Assembly (NCBI GenBank): GCA_963668645.2
Contig: CAXXWC010000015.1
Coordinates: 1-64,000 of the forward strand
DNA length: 64,000 nucleotides
DNA from: Desulfobacterales bacterium
GTDB lineage: Bacteria > Desulfobacterota > Desulfobacteria > Desulfobacterales > UBA2174
Reading direction: 5' to 3'
Of the stretch, positions 1 to 11,400 are shown one piece after another. The notes below the pieces were generated by a model. It made no database searches. It worked only from the letters and a program-made list of their open reading frames with translations, and had not been told where the DNA came from. How positions within the stretch are numbered: the first letter of the stretch is position 1; the number at the start of each line of letters is the position of its first letter. Both the position numbers and the translations under genes were made by a program.

Positions 1-104
1 CGCTTCTTGCTGTCGCCACCTACCTGTTCGCAACCGTTTCCGCGCTTCGTGATCTTTAAGAGCTTACTTTCAGAACCGAGCTTTCCGCTCCGAAAGAGAA
101 AGTT

Positions 105-134
105 AAATTACCGTGAGCATCTTACTTATGTCAA
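105..134 (-). promoter_or_regulatory. sigma70-type promoter (downstream one of a tandem pair) firing off the left edge
   Basis: Minus strand TTGACA (134-129), 18-nt spacer, TAATTT (110-105). Confidence 0.55.
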
Positions 135-295
135 GCGTTTTTCGCGGCCCGGCAAACTTTAACAAGATCGTGCGGCAAGCCGCCTGCCCTCTTCAGGGAC
201 CCGGCTTTAAGGTTTCACTTTTCGCCGCGGATGATCTTTCCGATTCCGCTTTCCGGTTCCGGGGTCGCACCACCGGTCCAGACGAACGAGGCGGG

Positions 296-324
296 TTTTT
301 ACATGGTCAGCCGCAGCTTGTCAA
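296..324 (-). promoter_or_regulatory. sigma70-type promoter (upstream one of a tandem pair) with GC-rich discriminator
   Basis: Minus strand TTGACA (324-319), 17-nt spacer, TAAAAA (301-296), then CCCGCC. Confidence 0.55.
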
Positions 325-343
325 CCAAGATTTGGCCTGGCTC

Positions 344-1636
344 TCATCCTTTTGTCAGCCGCACCCGGTGGAAATGCTTTTTCCCGGCCCGCAGCAAGAG
401 TTCCTCCTCGGCAAAGTCGGCCAAAGTAATGATCTTTTCATCCACCGTGACCCGTTCACCATTCAGGTAGGCCCCCCCCTGGCGAATCAGTCGCCGCGCC
501 GCACCGCCGGAGTTGCTCAGGCCCGTGATCTGCATCAGTTTGAAAAAGGGTAAGCCTTCAGTAAAAAGATCGGCGCCCAGTTCGGTTGTCGGCACACTTT
601 CGCCTGCACCTTGCCCGCCTGTCCGAGGGATCGTCGACGATGGCAGCAGGTCCTGCGGCAGACTGCGCCGGCCGAACATGCTGCCGGCGGCGTCCAGCGC
701 TTCGATGGCGGCCTGGCGTCCATGTACGATCTGAGTTGTCTCGAAAGCCAACACCGTCTTGGCCAGGTTCAGATCTGCATCGTGCAGGCCGGCGATCCGG
801 CGGATCTCCTCCATGGGCAAAAAGGTATAAAGCGCCAGGAAGCGCACCAGGTCCGCATCGTCACAGTTGACCCAGTACTGGTAATACGCATAGGCACTGG
901 TGCGCGCCGCGTCGAGCCAAACAGCACCGGCAGCCGTTTTCCCCATCTTGGCCCCGCTGGCGGTGGTGATCAGCGGGAAAGTAACCCCGAAAGCCGTCTT
1001 TTGGCGCATCTTGCGCACCAGATCGATTCCGGCCACGATATTGCCCCACTGATCGCTGCCGCCCATCTGCAGGTGGCAGTCGTAGCGGTCGACAAGCTTG
1101 AGAAAATCGTAGGCCTGAAGCAGCATGTAGTTAAACTCTATGAAGCTCAGCCCCTCATCGGATTCCAACCGCATGCGGTAGCTTTCGGCCTTGATCATAC
1201 GATTGACGGAAAAATGCCTACCGATGTCGCGCAAAAACGGGATGTAGCCCAGCGACACGAGCCAGTCGGCGTTGTTGACCAGTAGGGCCCGATCAGCGGA
1301 AAAATCGATAAAGCGCGCCAACTGGGCCTTTAGGGCCTCGGCGTTGGCACCGACAGTCTCGGCCGTCAGGATCTGGCGCATCTCGGTTTTGCCCGACGGG
1401 TCGCCAACCAGACCGGTTCCACCGCCGACCAGGGCGATGGGCCGGTGACCGCACCGTTGCATATGGGCCAGGGCCATGATCGGCACCAGACTGCCGATAT
1501 GCAGGCTCGAGGCGGTCGGATCGAACCCGATATAGCAGCTGCGTGGCTGTTCTGCGAGCCAGTCGGCCAGTTCCTGTTCGTGGGTTTTGGCCTCGATGAA
1601 GCCGCGTTCTTCCAGGACATCCAAAACATGGGTCAT
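344..1636 (-). CDS. tyrS: tyrosine--tRNA ligase
   Basis: YIGFDPTASSLHIGS (HIGH-like), QMGGSDQWGNI, KMGKT (KMSKS-like), C-terminal S4-like domain. Confidence 0.97.
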   Translation of the reverse strand: MTHVLDVLEERGFIEAKTHEQELADWLAEQPRSCYIGFDPTASSLHIGSLVPIMALAHMQRCGHRPIALVGGGTGLVGDPSGKTEMRQILTAETVGANAEALKAQLARFIDFSADRALLVNNADWLVSLGYIPFLRDIGRHFSVNRMIKAESYRMRLESDEGLSFIEFNYMLLQAYDFLKLVDRYDCHLQMGGSDQWGNIVAGIDLVRKMRQKTAFGVTFPLITTASGAKMGKTAAGAVWLDAARTSAYAYYQYWVNCDDADLVRFLALYTFLPMEEIRRIAGLHDADLNLAKTVLAFETTQIVHGRQAAIEALDAAGSMFGRRSLPQDLLPSSTIPRTGGQGAGESVPTTELGADLFTEGLPFFKLMQITGLSNSGGAARRLIRQGGAYLNGERVTVDEKIITLADFAEEELLLRAGKKHFHRVRLTKG

Positions 1637-1646
1637 TCTGCTTCTC

Positions 1647-3209
1647 CTACTTGTTGGCGTATTCCACTGCCCGGGTCTCGCGGATCACCGTCACCTTGAT
1701 CTGGCCTGGGAATGTCAGATTCTCTTCGATTTTCTTGGCAATATCCCGGCTGAGCAGCACCGCGTCTTCATCGCTGATCTGATCGCTTTCCACCAGCACC
1801 CGCAGTTCCCGCCCGGCCTGAATGGCATAGGTGTTGGACACGCCGGTAAAACTGTTGGCAATGCCCTCCAGGTCCTCCAGCCGTTTGATGTAGTTCTCCA
1901 GCATTTCCTTACGGGCGCCGGGCCGTGCTCCGGATAACCCGTCGGCCGCTTGAACCAGGTAGGCGTAAACCGTGTTGGGTGGAACGTCCTCGTGATGTGC
2001 GGCAATGGCATGGACCACCTTGGGCGCCTCGCCGAACTTCTTGGCCAGCTTGGAGCCGATCAAGGCATGGGGGCCTTCCACCTCGTGATCGGCCGCTTTG
2101 CCCAAGTCGTGAAGCAGCCCCATGCGCCGAGCCAGTTTCTGGTTGAGACCGAGTTCGGCAGCCATCACACCGGCCAAAAACCCGACTTCAATCGAATGCT
2201 GGAGGACGTTCTGGGCATAACTGGTGCGGTACTTGAGTCGACCGAGGTACATGATCAGTTCGGGATGTATCCCGTGAACGCCCAAATCGAAAGCGGCCTG
2301 CTCGCCAGACTCCTTGATCGTCTTGTCGACTTCGACGGTCACCTTCTTGACCACGTCCTCGATGCGGGCCGGATGGATACGCCCATCGGTGATCAGTTTC
2401 ATCAACGAAAGGCGGGCGACCTCCCGTCGTACCGGATTGAACCCGGAAAGGATCACCGCCTCGGGGGTGTCGTCAATGATCAGGTCGATTCCGGTGGCGG
2501 CTTCCAACGCGCGAATGTTGCGCCCCTCGCGTCCGATAATGCGCCCTTTCATCTCATCGCTGGGAAGGGGCACCACCGAGACGGTCCGTTCGGCCACAAA
2601 ATCGCCTGCGTAGCGCTGGATCGCCATGGCGATGATTTTCTTGGCCCGCTTGTCCGCCTCTTCCCGCGCCTCGGTTTCGATGCGCTTGATCAGTTTGGCG
2701 CCCTCGTAGCGGGCGTCGTTTTCCATGGCTCGAATGAGCAGATCCTTAGCCTGTTCGGCACTGAGACCTGAGATCGTTTCGAGCTGCTGCTTCTGGGCAG
2801 CGATCAATCCCTGATATTGAAGCTCGTCTTGAACGATCTTTTCCTCTCTTTTGAGGACCCCCTTTTCACGCTGGTTGAGCTCGGTTTCACGCTGCTCGAT
2901 CTGTTCACTGCGGCGATCGATGTGTTCTTCTTTCTGGGCGAGGCGGCGATCGCGTTGTTCGAACCCTGAACGAATCTCCTTGGACTCGGCCTCAAAGTCA
3001 CTCTTCATGCGAAACAAGCGATCCTTGGCTTCCAACTCAGCTTCGCGCACCAGGGTCTCGGCCCTGCGATGAGCGTCATCGATGATGCGCTTGGCTTCCT
3101 CGTCGGCGGCCTTAATCTTCTGGGTGGCGATCCGTCCTTTGGCCCAAAAGGCCAACCCAAAGCCAGCGGCAAAGCCGGCTACAAGCAACCCCAAACCAAT
3201 ACTTGTCAT
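1647..3209 (-). CDS. rny: ribonuclease Y
   Basis: N-terminal TM helix, coiled coil, KH motif [16 protein letters not shown] motif [11 protein letters not shown] at 3209 preceded by GGAGG. Confidence 0.97.
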   Translation of the reverse strand: MTSIGLGLLVAGFAAGFGLAFWAKGRIATQKIKAADEEAKRIIDDAHRRAETLVREAELEAKDRLFRMKSDFEAESKEIRSGFEQRDRRLAQKEEHIDRRSEQIEQRETELNQREKGVLKREEKIVQDELQYQGLIAAQKQQLETISGLSAEQAKDLLIRAMENDARYEGAKLIKRIETEAREEADKRAKKIIAMAIQRYAGDFVAERTVSVVPLPSDEMKGRIIGREGRNIRALEAATGIDLIIDDTPEAVILSGFNPVRREVARLSLMKLITDGRIHPARIEDVVKKVTVEVDKTIKESGEQAAFDLGVHGIHPELIMYLGRLKYRTSYAQNVLQHSIEVGFLAGVMAAELGLNQKLARRMGLLHDLGKAADHEVEGPHALIGSKLAKKFGEAPKVVHAIAAHHEDVPPNTVYAYLVQAADGLSGARPGARKEMLENYIKRLEDLEGIANSFTGVSNTYAIQAGRELRVLVESDQISDEDAVLLSRDIAKKIEENLTFPGQIKVTVIRETRAVEYANK

Positions 3210-3439
3210 AGCGATTCCTCCAGGGCCCAAGGCCCCTGTTTATCGATTCGCCGGCGGGAAATCACCGCTGCTGCTGCAGCGACGGCGCTGGCGTTGTCAG
3301 ATAATTCGGCAAGGCGAACGAACCGGTCTGAAGCGATCCGGCAAAATTCCGGTTCCGTACGCGGACGGAGAGAAAAGGGGCGATGGAAGATCAGCGGCGG
3401 TGGATCAAACCGCCTACGGGTGAAAGGCAGGCAGGGTAA

Positions 3440-3620
3440 AGCCCCCGCCAGGTGCCGTGTTGGGAGGCTTTTTGAACCAGGTGGCTCAAAAAGGGACGCC
3501 TTGTGGCTTCTTTAGGCTTTTCTGTCGGTGCAGAACCTGCTCACCGAAGCCAAGGGAGGCTCCCGTGAAATGCATGTTGGGTCAAAAGCGCATCTTCCAA
3601 TCACGAACACGGCAGGGGCT
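3440..3620 (-). ncRNA. ssrS: 6S RNA
   Basis: About 181 nt; the ends pair (AGCCCCTGCCGTGTT with AACACGGCAC..GGCGGGGGCT) to close a long irregular hairpin; canonical position just downstream of zapA. Confidence 0.85.
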
Positions 3621-3683
3621 GGAGCGCATCTGCGGGCGGTGCCGGATCGCGTTTACGATTTCCCCCCGGCTCGCCGTTGTTGT

Positions 3684-4037
3684 TCAGGGAGTGGTTGTGG
3701 AGACGGGCTGGCTATCATTCTCGCACCCGCCAAGCCGTCCCCATTTTTCCAAAGCACTATCCAGGACTCGGACAATCCGGCTGGCTCGCTGGGTCAATCC
3801 TTGCTCACCGGACTCCCGAAATGTTTTCAACTCATAATTTTCATTAGCAAAATTCAGCGCCGCGAGTATCATTATGGTCAGCTTGTTCATTTCCGAGGCA
3901 CTTCCACTTGACCCATCGCCGATGCGTTCAACTTCCTCCATCAGCTTCGCCGCCACTGCCTCTGCTTGGGCTACGGTCGTATCGGTCTTAAAGGTATACG
4001 TTTGACCGAATAGATGTATTTTAAGCAGCTGATCCAA
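3684..4037 (-). CDS. zapA: cell division protein ZapA
   Basis: KIHLFGQTYTF and ILAALNFANE pattern, C-terminal coiled coil; TTG start; upstream of 6S RNA. Confidence 0.85.
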   Translation of the reverse strand: MDQLLKIHLFGQTYTFKTDTTVAQAEAVAAKLMEEVERIGDGSSGSASEMNKLTIMILAALNFANENYELKTFRESGEQGLTQRASRIVRVLDSALEKWGRLGGCENDSQPVSTTTP

Positions 4038-4083
4038 CAGTCTCCAGAAGATGCCAGCCGGTGGCGAATCTTTCCAAGTCCGC

Positions 4084-4329
4084 CTATTGCGGCTGATCCG
4101 TAAACCCCTCCAGCTTGGCTAGCAGCGTATCGATCCGAGTTCGGATTGTCCGTCTTTCGTCCTGATAGTGATTTTCTGCCTCAACCCTGGCTTGAAGCTC
4201 CTTTTCCAACCTTTCAACCTTGTTTTTCAGATCCGTGTTTTCGGATTCAAGGGTCTGACATACCGCGATAAGTTGCCCGACCCGCTTTTCAATATCGTCA
4301 AACCGATCCAGTACCGCTGTTGCTTCCAA
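4084..4329 (-). CDS. zapB: ZapB-like coiled-coil protein
   Basis: 81-aa continuous coiled coil ending RIDTLLAKLE, immediately upstream of zapA. Confidence 0.7.
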   Translation of the reverse strand: MEATAVLDRFDDIEKRVGQLIAVCQTLESENTDLKNKVERLEKELQARVEAENHYQDERRTIRTRIDTLLAKLEGFTDQPQ

Positions 4330-4354
4330 TGTTTCACCTCACCAGTTTAAGCTA

Positions 4355-4383
4355 CTATTATCGCTATACTACCGTTATGTCAA
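4355..4383 (-). promoter_or_regulatory. putative sigma70 promoter for zapB-zapA-ssrS-rny
   Basis: TTGACA (4383-4378, overlapping the upstream TGA stop), 17 nt, then TAATAG inside GATAATAGT. Confidence 0.45.
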
Positions 4384-5138
4384 GCGGTTTTACCCTTATG
4401 GGCCACCACTTTAGCCGCCACCGCATCAAGCTGCGCAACGGTGTTCACCCCGGCGACCTCATCCGGATCGCCGCCCACCATAAAGCCGACCTGCCGGCCG
4501 TTGCCCCTTGCGACAGCCGCGATATCCGTTAAGTAGTATTCTTGTTGGACGTTGGCAGGCCTGAGCCGGCCGAGTGAAAAATCCAGAAACTCCTTTGTGA
4601 CGCAATAAATGCCGCTGTTGACAAGATGAATGGCCCGTTGGGCATCGCTGGCATCGGCCTCTTCGATGATCTCCAGCAATCGGCCCTGACCGTCGGTGAC
4701 AATACGCCCATACCCTTTAGGGTCAGCGACCTCTGTGGCCAAAACGGTCAGGTCATTGCCACTGCGGCAATGACAATCAAGCAGGACCTCCACCGTCTTC
4801 GCCTTGAGCAGGGGGACATCCCCGCAAAGGATAATGACATGTTCCGTTTCCCGGCAAAGAGCATTCATGGCACAGCGTACCGCGTGGCCGGTGCCGCGCT
4901 GCTCGGCCTGAAGCGCGAAAGATACCGGATAATGGGCGCTGACCAGCCTGCGCACCGTCTCGGCCTGGTGCCCGATCACCACCACCACATAATCCGGTTC
5001 CACCACATTTACGGCGGCTTCAACAACAAAGAGGATCATCGCAGTGCCGTTGATGGCGTGCAGGACCTTGGCTTTATCCGACCGCATACGGGTCCCCAGC
5101 CCAGCGGCTAAAATCACAATTGAGACATTTTTTGCCAT
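4380..5138 (-). CDS. GlmU-like nucleotidyltransferase, N-terminal domain only
   Basis: ILAAGLGTRMRS..KVLH, QRGTGHAV, GDVPLL, GYGRIV, EYYLTD, GVNT; ends at 252 aa with no hexapeptide acetyltransferase domain. Confidence 0.88.
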   Translation of the reverse strand: MAKNVSIVILAAGLGTRMRSDKAKVLHAINGTAMILFVVEAAVNVVEPDYVVVVIGHQAETVRRLVSAHYPVSFALQAEQRGTGHAVRCAMNALCRETEHVIILCGDVPLLKAKTVEVLLDCHCRSGNDLTVLATEVADPKGYGRIVTDGQGRLLEIIEEADASDAQRAIHLVNSGIYCVTKEFLDFSLGRLRPANVQQEYYLTDIAAVARGNGRQVGFMVGGDPDEVAGVNTVAQLDAVAAKVVAHKGKTA

Positions 5139-5207
5139 TTGCCTTCCAATCCGCTCCTGTTTTCCCGGCTTAACTGCGATGAAAGTCGATCCAAGGCCCT
5201 AATACGA

Positions 5208-5239
5208 AGGGCAGATCATAGCGTCGCATGATCTGCCCC
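5208..5239 (-). terminator. hairpin downstream of atpC
   Basis: GGGCAGATCAT / ATGATCTGCCC inverted repeat. Confidence 0.55.
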
Positions 5240-5278
5240 CTGGTACGGCCGGTTCTTTATAGCTTTGACAACCGGACC

Positions 5279-5692
5279 TTAACGGCTGCGGCTTTCCACC
5301 AATTTCAGTCGGTACAAGGCTCTCTCCATTGCCGCCCTGGCCCGTGTGTAATCGATGTCCGCCTGTCCGCTGGAGATCCGATTCTGGGCTCTTTCCAGTG
5401 CGCTACGGGCGCGTTCGGCGTCTATGTCACGGCGTCTTTCCGCCGATTCGGCCAGAACGGTGACCTGGGTGGGCAACGCCTCTGCGAAACCGCTTGACAC
5501 GAAAATATAGCGTTCCGTGCCGGAACTGTCCCGGTACCGCAGTGTACCGGTTTTCAAAGAAGTCATAAAAGGCGTATGCCCGATCAGGACACCAAACTCA
5601 CCTTCGCTGCCGGGTGCCATGACGATCTGGACCTCTTCATTGACGACTTCCCGCTCCGGGGTCACGACTTCCAGTCGAATGTTGCCTGCCAT
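5279..5692 (-). CDS. atpC: ATP synthase F1 epsilon subunit
   Basis: LEVVTPER, APGSEGEFGVLIGH, C-terminal helical hairpin. Confidence 0.96.
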   Translation of the reverse strand: MAGNIRLEVVTPEREVVNEEVQIVMAPGSEGEFGVLIGHTPFMTSLKTGTLRYRDSSGTERYIFVSSGFAEALPTQVTVLAESAERRRDIDAERARSALERAQNRISSGQADIDYTRARAAMERALYRLKLVESRSR

Positions 5693-5710
5693 CTTGATCC
5701 CTTCCGCCGA

Positions 5711-7147
<1,437 letters not shown>

Positions 7148-7172
7148 CTAATTTCAGATAAGCGTATCGGGT

Positions 7173-8069
7173 TTAGCCCTTGAGAGCTTCCGCACCGCCG
7201 ACAATATCCATCAACTCGGCCGTAATGGCGGCCTGGCGGGCCTTGTTATAGGCCAGCGTGAGCCGTTCGATCATATCGTTGCAGGCCTTGGTGGCATTAT
7301 CCATGGCCATCATACGGGCCGCATGTTCACTGGTCGAGGTCTCGAGCAGGGCTTTGAAAAGTTGAACGTAGACATTGCGCGGCAGCAGCGTACCGAGCAA
7401 CTCCGCCGGGCTGGGCTCGCAGATATGTTCGGCCATGTAAGGTGCATCAGCATCGCTGGCATCTGCATCGGAATCGGCCTGCAGGGCCGGAATCGGCAAA
7501 AGCTGCTGTGCCATCGGATGCTGGCGCGCCATGGATTCGAACAGGGCGTAGACCACGTAAACCTTGTCGTAGGTCCCGTCGAGGAAGCGGTCCACGAGCT
7601 GCCGGCCGGTCTTGGATGCAGTGGCAAAGGGGATACGGCTGCCCACGACGCCCAGGTGCTCTTCGATCCGCTCGTGGTTGAGCTTGCGGGCCCAATCGCG
7701 GCCCTTCTTGCCGAAATGGGTGAACGAAACCTTGGCCCCTTCTTCGGTCGCCTGTTTGGCCAGTTTTTCGGCTTTTTCTATCAGATTGAGGTTGAAACCG
7801 CCGCACAGACCACGATCGGAGGTGCAAAGGATCACATGCACATGTTGCACCTCATCGCGAGCCACAAGCAACGGATTGGCCTCTCCTCCGGCTTTTCCGG
7901 CAAGAGATCCGAGCACCTCGGCGAACTTGTCGGCATAGGGCCGAAACGCATCGGTCGCCTGCTGGCAGCCACGCAGTCGGGACGTGGCCACCATGTTCAT
8001 CGCCTTGGTGATCTGTTTCGTTTTTTTGACCGCCGAGATCTTAAGCTGAACGTCTTTGAGTGTCGCCAT
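7173..8069 (-). CDS. atpG: ATP synthase F1 gamma subunit
   Basis: QITKAMNMVA, SDRGLCGGFN, YNKARQAAITAEL. Confidence 0.98.
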   Translation of the reverse strand: MATLKDVQLKISAVKKTKQITKAMNMVATSRLRGCQQATDAFRPYADKFAEVLGSLAGKAGGEANPLLVARDEVQHVHVILCTSDRGLCGGFNLNLIEKAEKLAKQATEEGAKVSFTHFGKKGRDWARKLNHERIEEHLGVVGSRIPFATASKTGRQLVDRFLDGTYDKVYVVYALFESMARQHPMAQQLLPIPALQADSDADASDADAPYMAEHICEPSPAELLGTLLPRNVYVQLFKALLETSTSEHAARMMAMDNATKACNDMIERLTLAYNKARQAAITAELMDIVGGAEALKG

Positions 8070-8127
8070 CCTGATTCGCCCTTCTGGCTAAGGTTGAACC
8101 GTTCGTTTACCGTCGCCGTCGACCGCC

Positions 8128-9645
8128 CTATTTGATCGTGTCTTTGAACTCTTCGTCGTAGGCGGTGAGCGCCTCATTGGCAAGCTTTTCCAAAGCCTCG
8201 GTAAATTTTTGCTCTTCCTTGAGCCCCGTGAACAGTTGCGGGTAGCGCTCCTCGACAAACTTGTAGAGTCCTGCTTCGTACTTGGCAACGACGTCCAGAG
8301 GATATTTATCGAGATAACCGCGGGTTCCGGCAAACAGGATGGTCACCTGTTTTTCCATGGACAGCGGCTGGTACTGCGGCTGTTTGAGAATCTGGACCAG
8401 GCGCTGGCCGCGGGTCAACTGCCGCTGGGTCGCCTTGTCCAGGTCGGAGCCGAAGGCGGCGAAGGCCTCCAGTTCACGGAACTGGGCCATGTCGAGGCGC
8501 AAAGTTCCGGCCACCTGCTTCATCGCCTTGCATTGGGCCGCACCACCGACGCGCGACACGGAAAGGCCGACGTTGATGGCCGGCCGTACACCGGCGAAGA
8601 AGAGCCCCGGCTCGAGGTAGATCTGCCCGTCGGTGATCGAAATCACGTTGGTGGGAATGTAGGCGGACACGTCACCGGCCTGGGTCTCGATGATCGGCAA
8701 GGCCGTCAGTGAACCGGCGCCCAACTCGTCGTTCAGTTTGGCGGAACGTTCCAGCAAACGGGAATGGTTGTAAAAAATATCGCCCGGGTAGGCTTCTCGT
8801 CCGGGAGGCCGCCGCAGCAACAGCGATACCTGCCGGTAGGCCGCGGCCTGTTTGGACAAGTCGTCGTAGACGATCAGCGCATGCTGGCCTTTGTCGCGGA
8901 AGTACTCACCCATGGCGCAGCCGGCGTACGGTGCGACGAACTGCAAGGTGGCCGGGTCGCTGGCGCAGGCCGCTACGATGGTGGTGTATTCCATGGCCCC
9001 GTGCTTTTCGAGCACGGCGGCCACCTGGGCCACAGTGGCTTTCTTCTGGCCGCAGGCGACGTAAATGCAATATACGTCGGTTTCCTTCTGGGCCAGGATG
9101 GCGTCGATGGCCACGGCGGTCTTGCCGATCTGCCGGTCGCCGATGATCAACTCGCGCTGCCCGCGCCCCACCGGAGTCATGGCGTCGACGGCCTTCAAGC
9201 CGGTGTAACATGGCTCGTGCACACTTTTCCTGGCGATGACACCCGGGGCCACCATCTCCACCCGGCGATACTGATCGGTTTCGATGGGCCCTTTTCCGTC
9301 GATGGGCGCGCCGGTACCGTCGACCACGCGGCCGAGCACGGCCTCGCCCACGGGCACCTCGGCAATACGACCGGTGCGCTTGACAAGGTCGCCCTCCTTG
9401 ATGTGGATATCTTCGCCCATGATGGCGATACCCACATTATCCTCTTCAAGGTTAAGCACCAAGCCGAGGATATTGCCCGGAAACTCGACGAGTTCGAGCG
9501 CCATGGCCTTTTCGAGCCCGTAAACCCGTGCGATGCCGTCACCGACCGACAGCACCACGCCGGTTTCGCTCAGCTCTACCTTCTTGTCGTAATCGGTGAT
9601 CTGCTCCTTGATAATCTGGCTTATCTCTTCAGCTCTTAATTCCAT
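8128..9645 (-). CDS. atpA: ATP synthase F1 alpha subunit
   Basis: [43 protein letters not shown]. Confidence 0.99.
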   Translation of the reverse strand: MELRAEEISQIIKEQITDYDKKVELSETGVVLSVGDGIARVYGLEKAMALELVEFPGNILGLVLNLEEDNVGIAIMGEDIHIKEGDLVKRTGRIAEVPVGEAVLGRVVDGTGAPIDGKGPIETDQYRRVEMVAPGVIARKSVHEPCYTGLKAVDAMTPVGRGQRELIIGDRQIGKTAVAIDAILAQKETDVYCIYVACGQKKATVAQVAAVLEKHGAMEYTTIVAACASDPATLQFVAPYAGCAMGEYFRDKGQHALIVYDDLSKQAAAYRQVSLLLRRPPGREAYPGDIFYNHSRLLERSAKLNDELGAGSLTALPIIETQAGDVSAYIPTNVISITDGQIYLEPGLFFAGVRPAINVGLSVSRVGGAAQCKAMKQVAGTLRLDMAQFRELEAFAAFGSDLDKATQRQLTRGQRLVQILKQPQYQPLSMEKQVTILFAGTRGYLDKYPLDVVAKYEAGLYKFVEERYPQLFTGLKEEQKFTEALEKLANEALTAYDEEFKDTIK

Positions 9646-10196
9646 TACGCACTCTCGCCCCTTTTTAAGGTTTCTCGCATGTTGAGCAACTGGGTCCTGA
9701 TGCTCCCGTCCAGTACCAGGTCGCCAATCCGGGTCACGAGGCCGCCGATCAGCGACGGATCCTGGCTCACCTCCAGGATGATATCCTTACCCGTCCGTTT
9801 GGACAGGGTGGCACGAATCTTTTGGACGGTCTCGTCCTGAAGGGCCACCGCCGATACCAGCGTCGCGCGGGCCACGCCTTTTAGCTCATCGGCCAACTTG
9901 TCGTAGTACTGACTGATAGCGCCCAAAAAGGCGATCCGCCCCTTGTCGAAAAGAAGCATGAGAAAAGACTTCATCAGGGCCGACAGCCCGAGCTTTTCCA
10001 CCAGCGTGGAAAGCACCCTGCGGCGCCCTTCGGTCTCGTAGAGCGGGTTGCACAGGGCCTGCTCCAGTGCCTTGCTCTCGTTGATGAGCCGTGCCACCGA
10101 GCCGAGTTCCTCGCGGTAGGCATCCGCCTGGCCGTCCTCCTTGCCGATCAACAGCAATGCCTTAGCATATCGCCTTGCGATGCGCAGATTTTTCAC
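9645..10196 (-). CDS. atpH: ATP synthase F1 delta subunit
   Basis: [32 protein letters not shown] start. Confidence 0.96.
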   Translation of the reverse strand: MKNLRIARRYAKALLLIGKEDGQADAYREELGSVARLINESKALEQALCNPLYETEGRRRVLSTLVEKLGLSALMKSFLMLLFDKGRIAFLGAISQYYDKLADELKGVARATLVSAVALQDETVQKIRATLSKRTGKDIILEVSQDPSLIGGLVTRIGDLVLDGSIRTQLLNMRETLKRGESA

Positions 10197-10801
10197 GATG
10201 CCACCACCTTCGCTAGGTATTCGTCGATGAGCCGATCTTGGTCATCGGCCGAAATCCGCTCCTTGAGCCGGGCCTCGGCTTTGACCAACGCCTTTTCGAT
10301 GATTTCGTCCTGCAACCGCTGGCGGGCGGTGTTGAACTCGTGCTCGATATGACGTTTGGCCTGTTCTTCGAGCTTTTCCGCCGCGTTCTTGGCCTCGGCG
10401 ATGATCCTGACCTTGGCGTCCTGCCCCTGGCGAACGTAATCGGCCATGATTTTCTCGGCCTCTTGTTCCAGCCGGGTCAGCTTCTGGTTGTACTCGGTCA
10501 ACTGCTTTTCGGCAGCCTGTTTGCGCATCTCCAAATCCTGCAACTGACCCTTGATCCCCTTAATGCGATCGTTGAGGGCCCGGGAGACCGGCTTGCGCAG
10601 AATAAAAAAAAGGCCGCCGAACAGCACGGCAAAATTAAGCACGCGCTGGGTATCGGTGGCCACCCATCCTTTAGCGCCTTTGTCCCCGTGACCGCCCGAC
10701 GACGCCATCAGCGGTGCGGCAAGCAAAAGCAACCCGAGCACGACCAGCGCCAGAATCCACTTTTTCTTGCGCCAATGTGAACCTACAGCAGCATTCATCA
10801 T
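10193..10801 (-). CDS. atpF: ATP synthase F0 subunit b
   Basis: Hydrophobic N-terminus, VLNFAVLFGGL TM segment, long charged coiled coil; ATG overlaps the upstream TGA. Confidence 0.9.
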   Translation of the reverse strand: MMNAAVGSHWRKKKWILALVVLGLLLLAAPLMASSGGHGDKGAKGWVATDTQRVLNFAVLFGGLFFILRKPVSRALNDRIKGIKGQLQDLEMRKQAAEKQLTEYNQKLTRLEQEAEKIMADYVRQGQDAKVRIIAEAKNAAEKLEEQAKRHIEHEFNTARQRLQDEIIEKALVKAEARLKERISADDQDRLIDEYLAKVVAS

Positions 10802-11226
10802 CAAACAGCCCTCCCCAGTATCTTTTGTCCAATGGCTTCGGCAAAAACATCGAGCTCTTTTTCCAGGTTGGCCCTTACCCCGGATGCCTCCTGGGAGATC
10901 TTTTCTCGCGCCACCGCCAGTTCCGCCTGGGCCTTGGCGTTGATTTCGCCGATCAGCCGCTTTTCCTCATCGGCCGCCTGGGCCATCAACGCATCTTTTT
11001 CTTTCAGCCCGGCCGCCCTGGCTTCACGAATCCCCCTGGAAAAAGCGTCGTCCTTTTCTTTGGCCTCCTGGGCGAGGGTCTCAATGTTCTGCTGCATGCC
11101 CTCGACCTTCTCCTTGCGCTTTGCCAGCACACTGCGGATCGGACGGAAAAGCACCGCGTTGAGCACCCATATGAGAAACAAGAAATTGACGATCTGGATG
11201 AAAACCGATCCATCAACGCTTACCAT
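10801..11226 (-). CDS. ATP synthase F0 subunit b'
   Basis: QIVNFLFLIWVLNAVLFRPI then coiled coil; ATG at 11226 preceded by GGAGGAG. Confidence 0.9.
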   Translation of the reverse strand: MVSVDGSVFIQIVNFLFLIWVLNAVLFRPIRSVLAKRKEKVEGMQQNIETLAQEAKEKDDAFSRGIREARAAGLKEKDALMAQAADEEKRLIGEINAKAQAELAVAREKISQEASGVRANLEKELDVFAEAIGQKILGRAV

Positions 11227-11322
11227 TGCGCTCCTCCGTGCTCTGAATTGGGAAAAACAAGGATTATCGGGAAGTTGCTGCAAGTGTCCAGGCGGCTATA
11301 AACCGCCTGGCAAACTCGGCGG

Positions 11323-11352
11323 TCTATAACATCCGGCCCAGCGCATTGTCAA
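11323..11352 (-). promoter_or_regulatory. putative atp operon promoter
   Basis: TTGACA (11352-11347), 18 nt, TG-n-TATAGA. Confidence 0.45.
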
Positions 11353-11400
11353 AGGTTTTTTCGGCCCCCTTGGGAGTGCGTTCTAAACAGATCCGAATGC

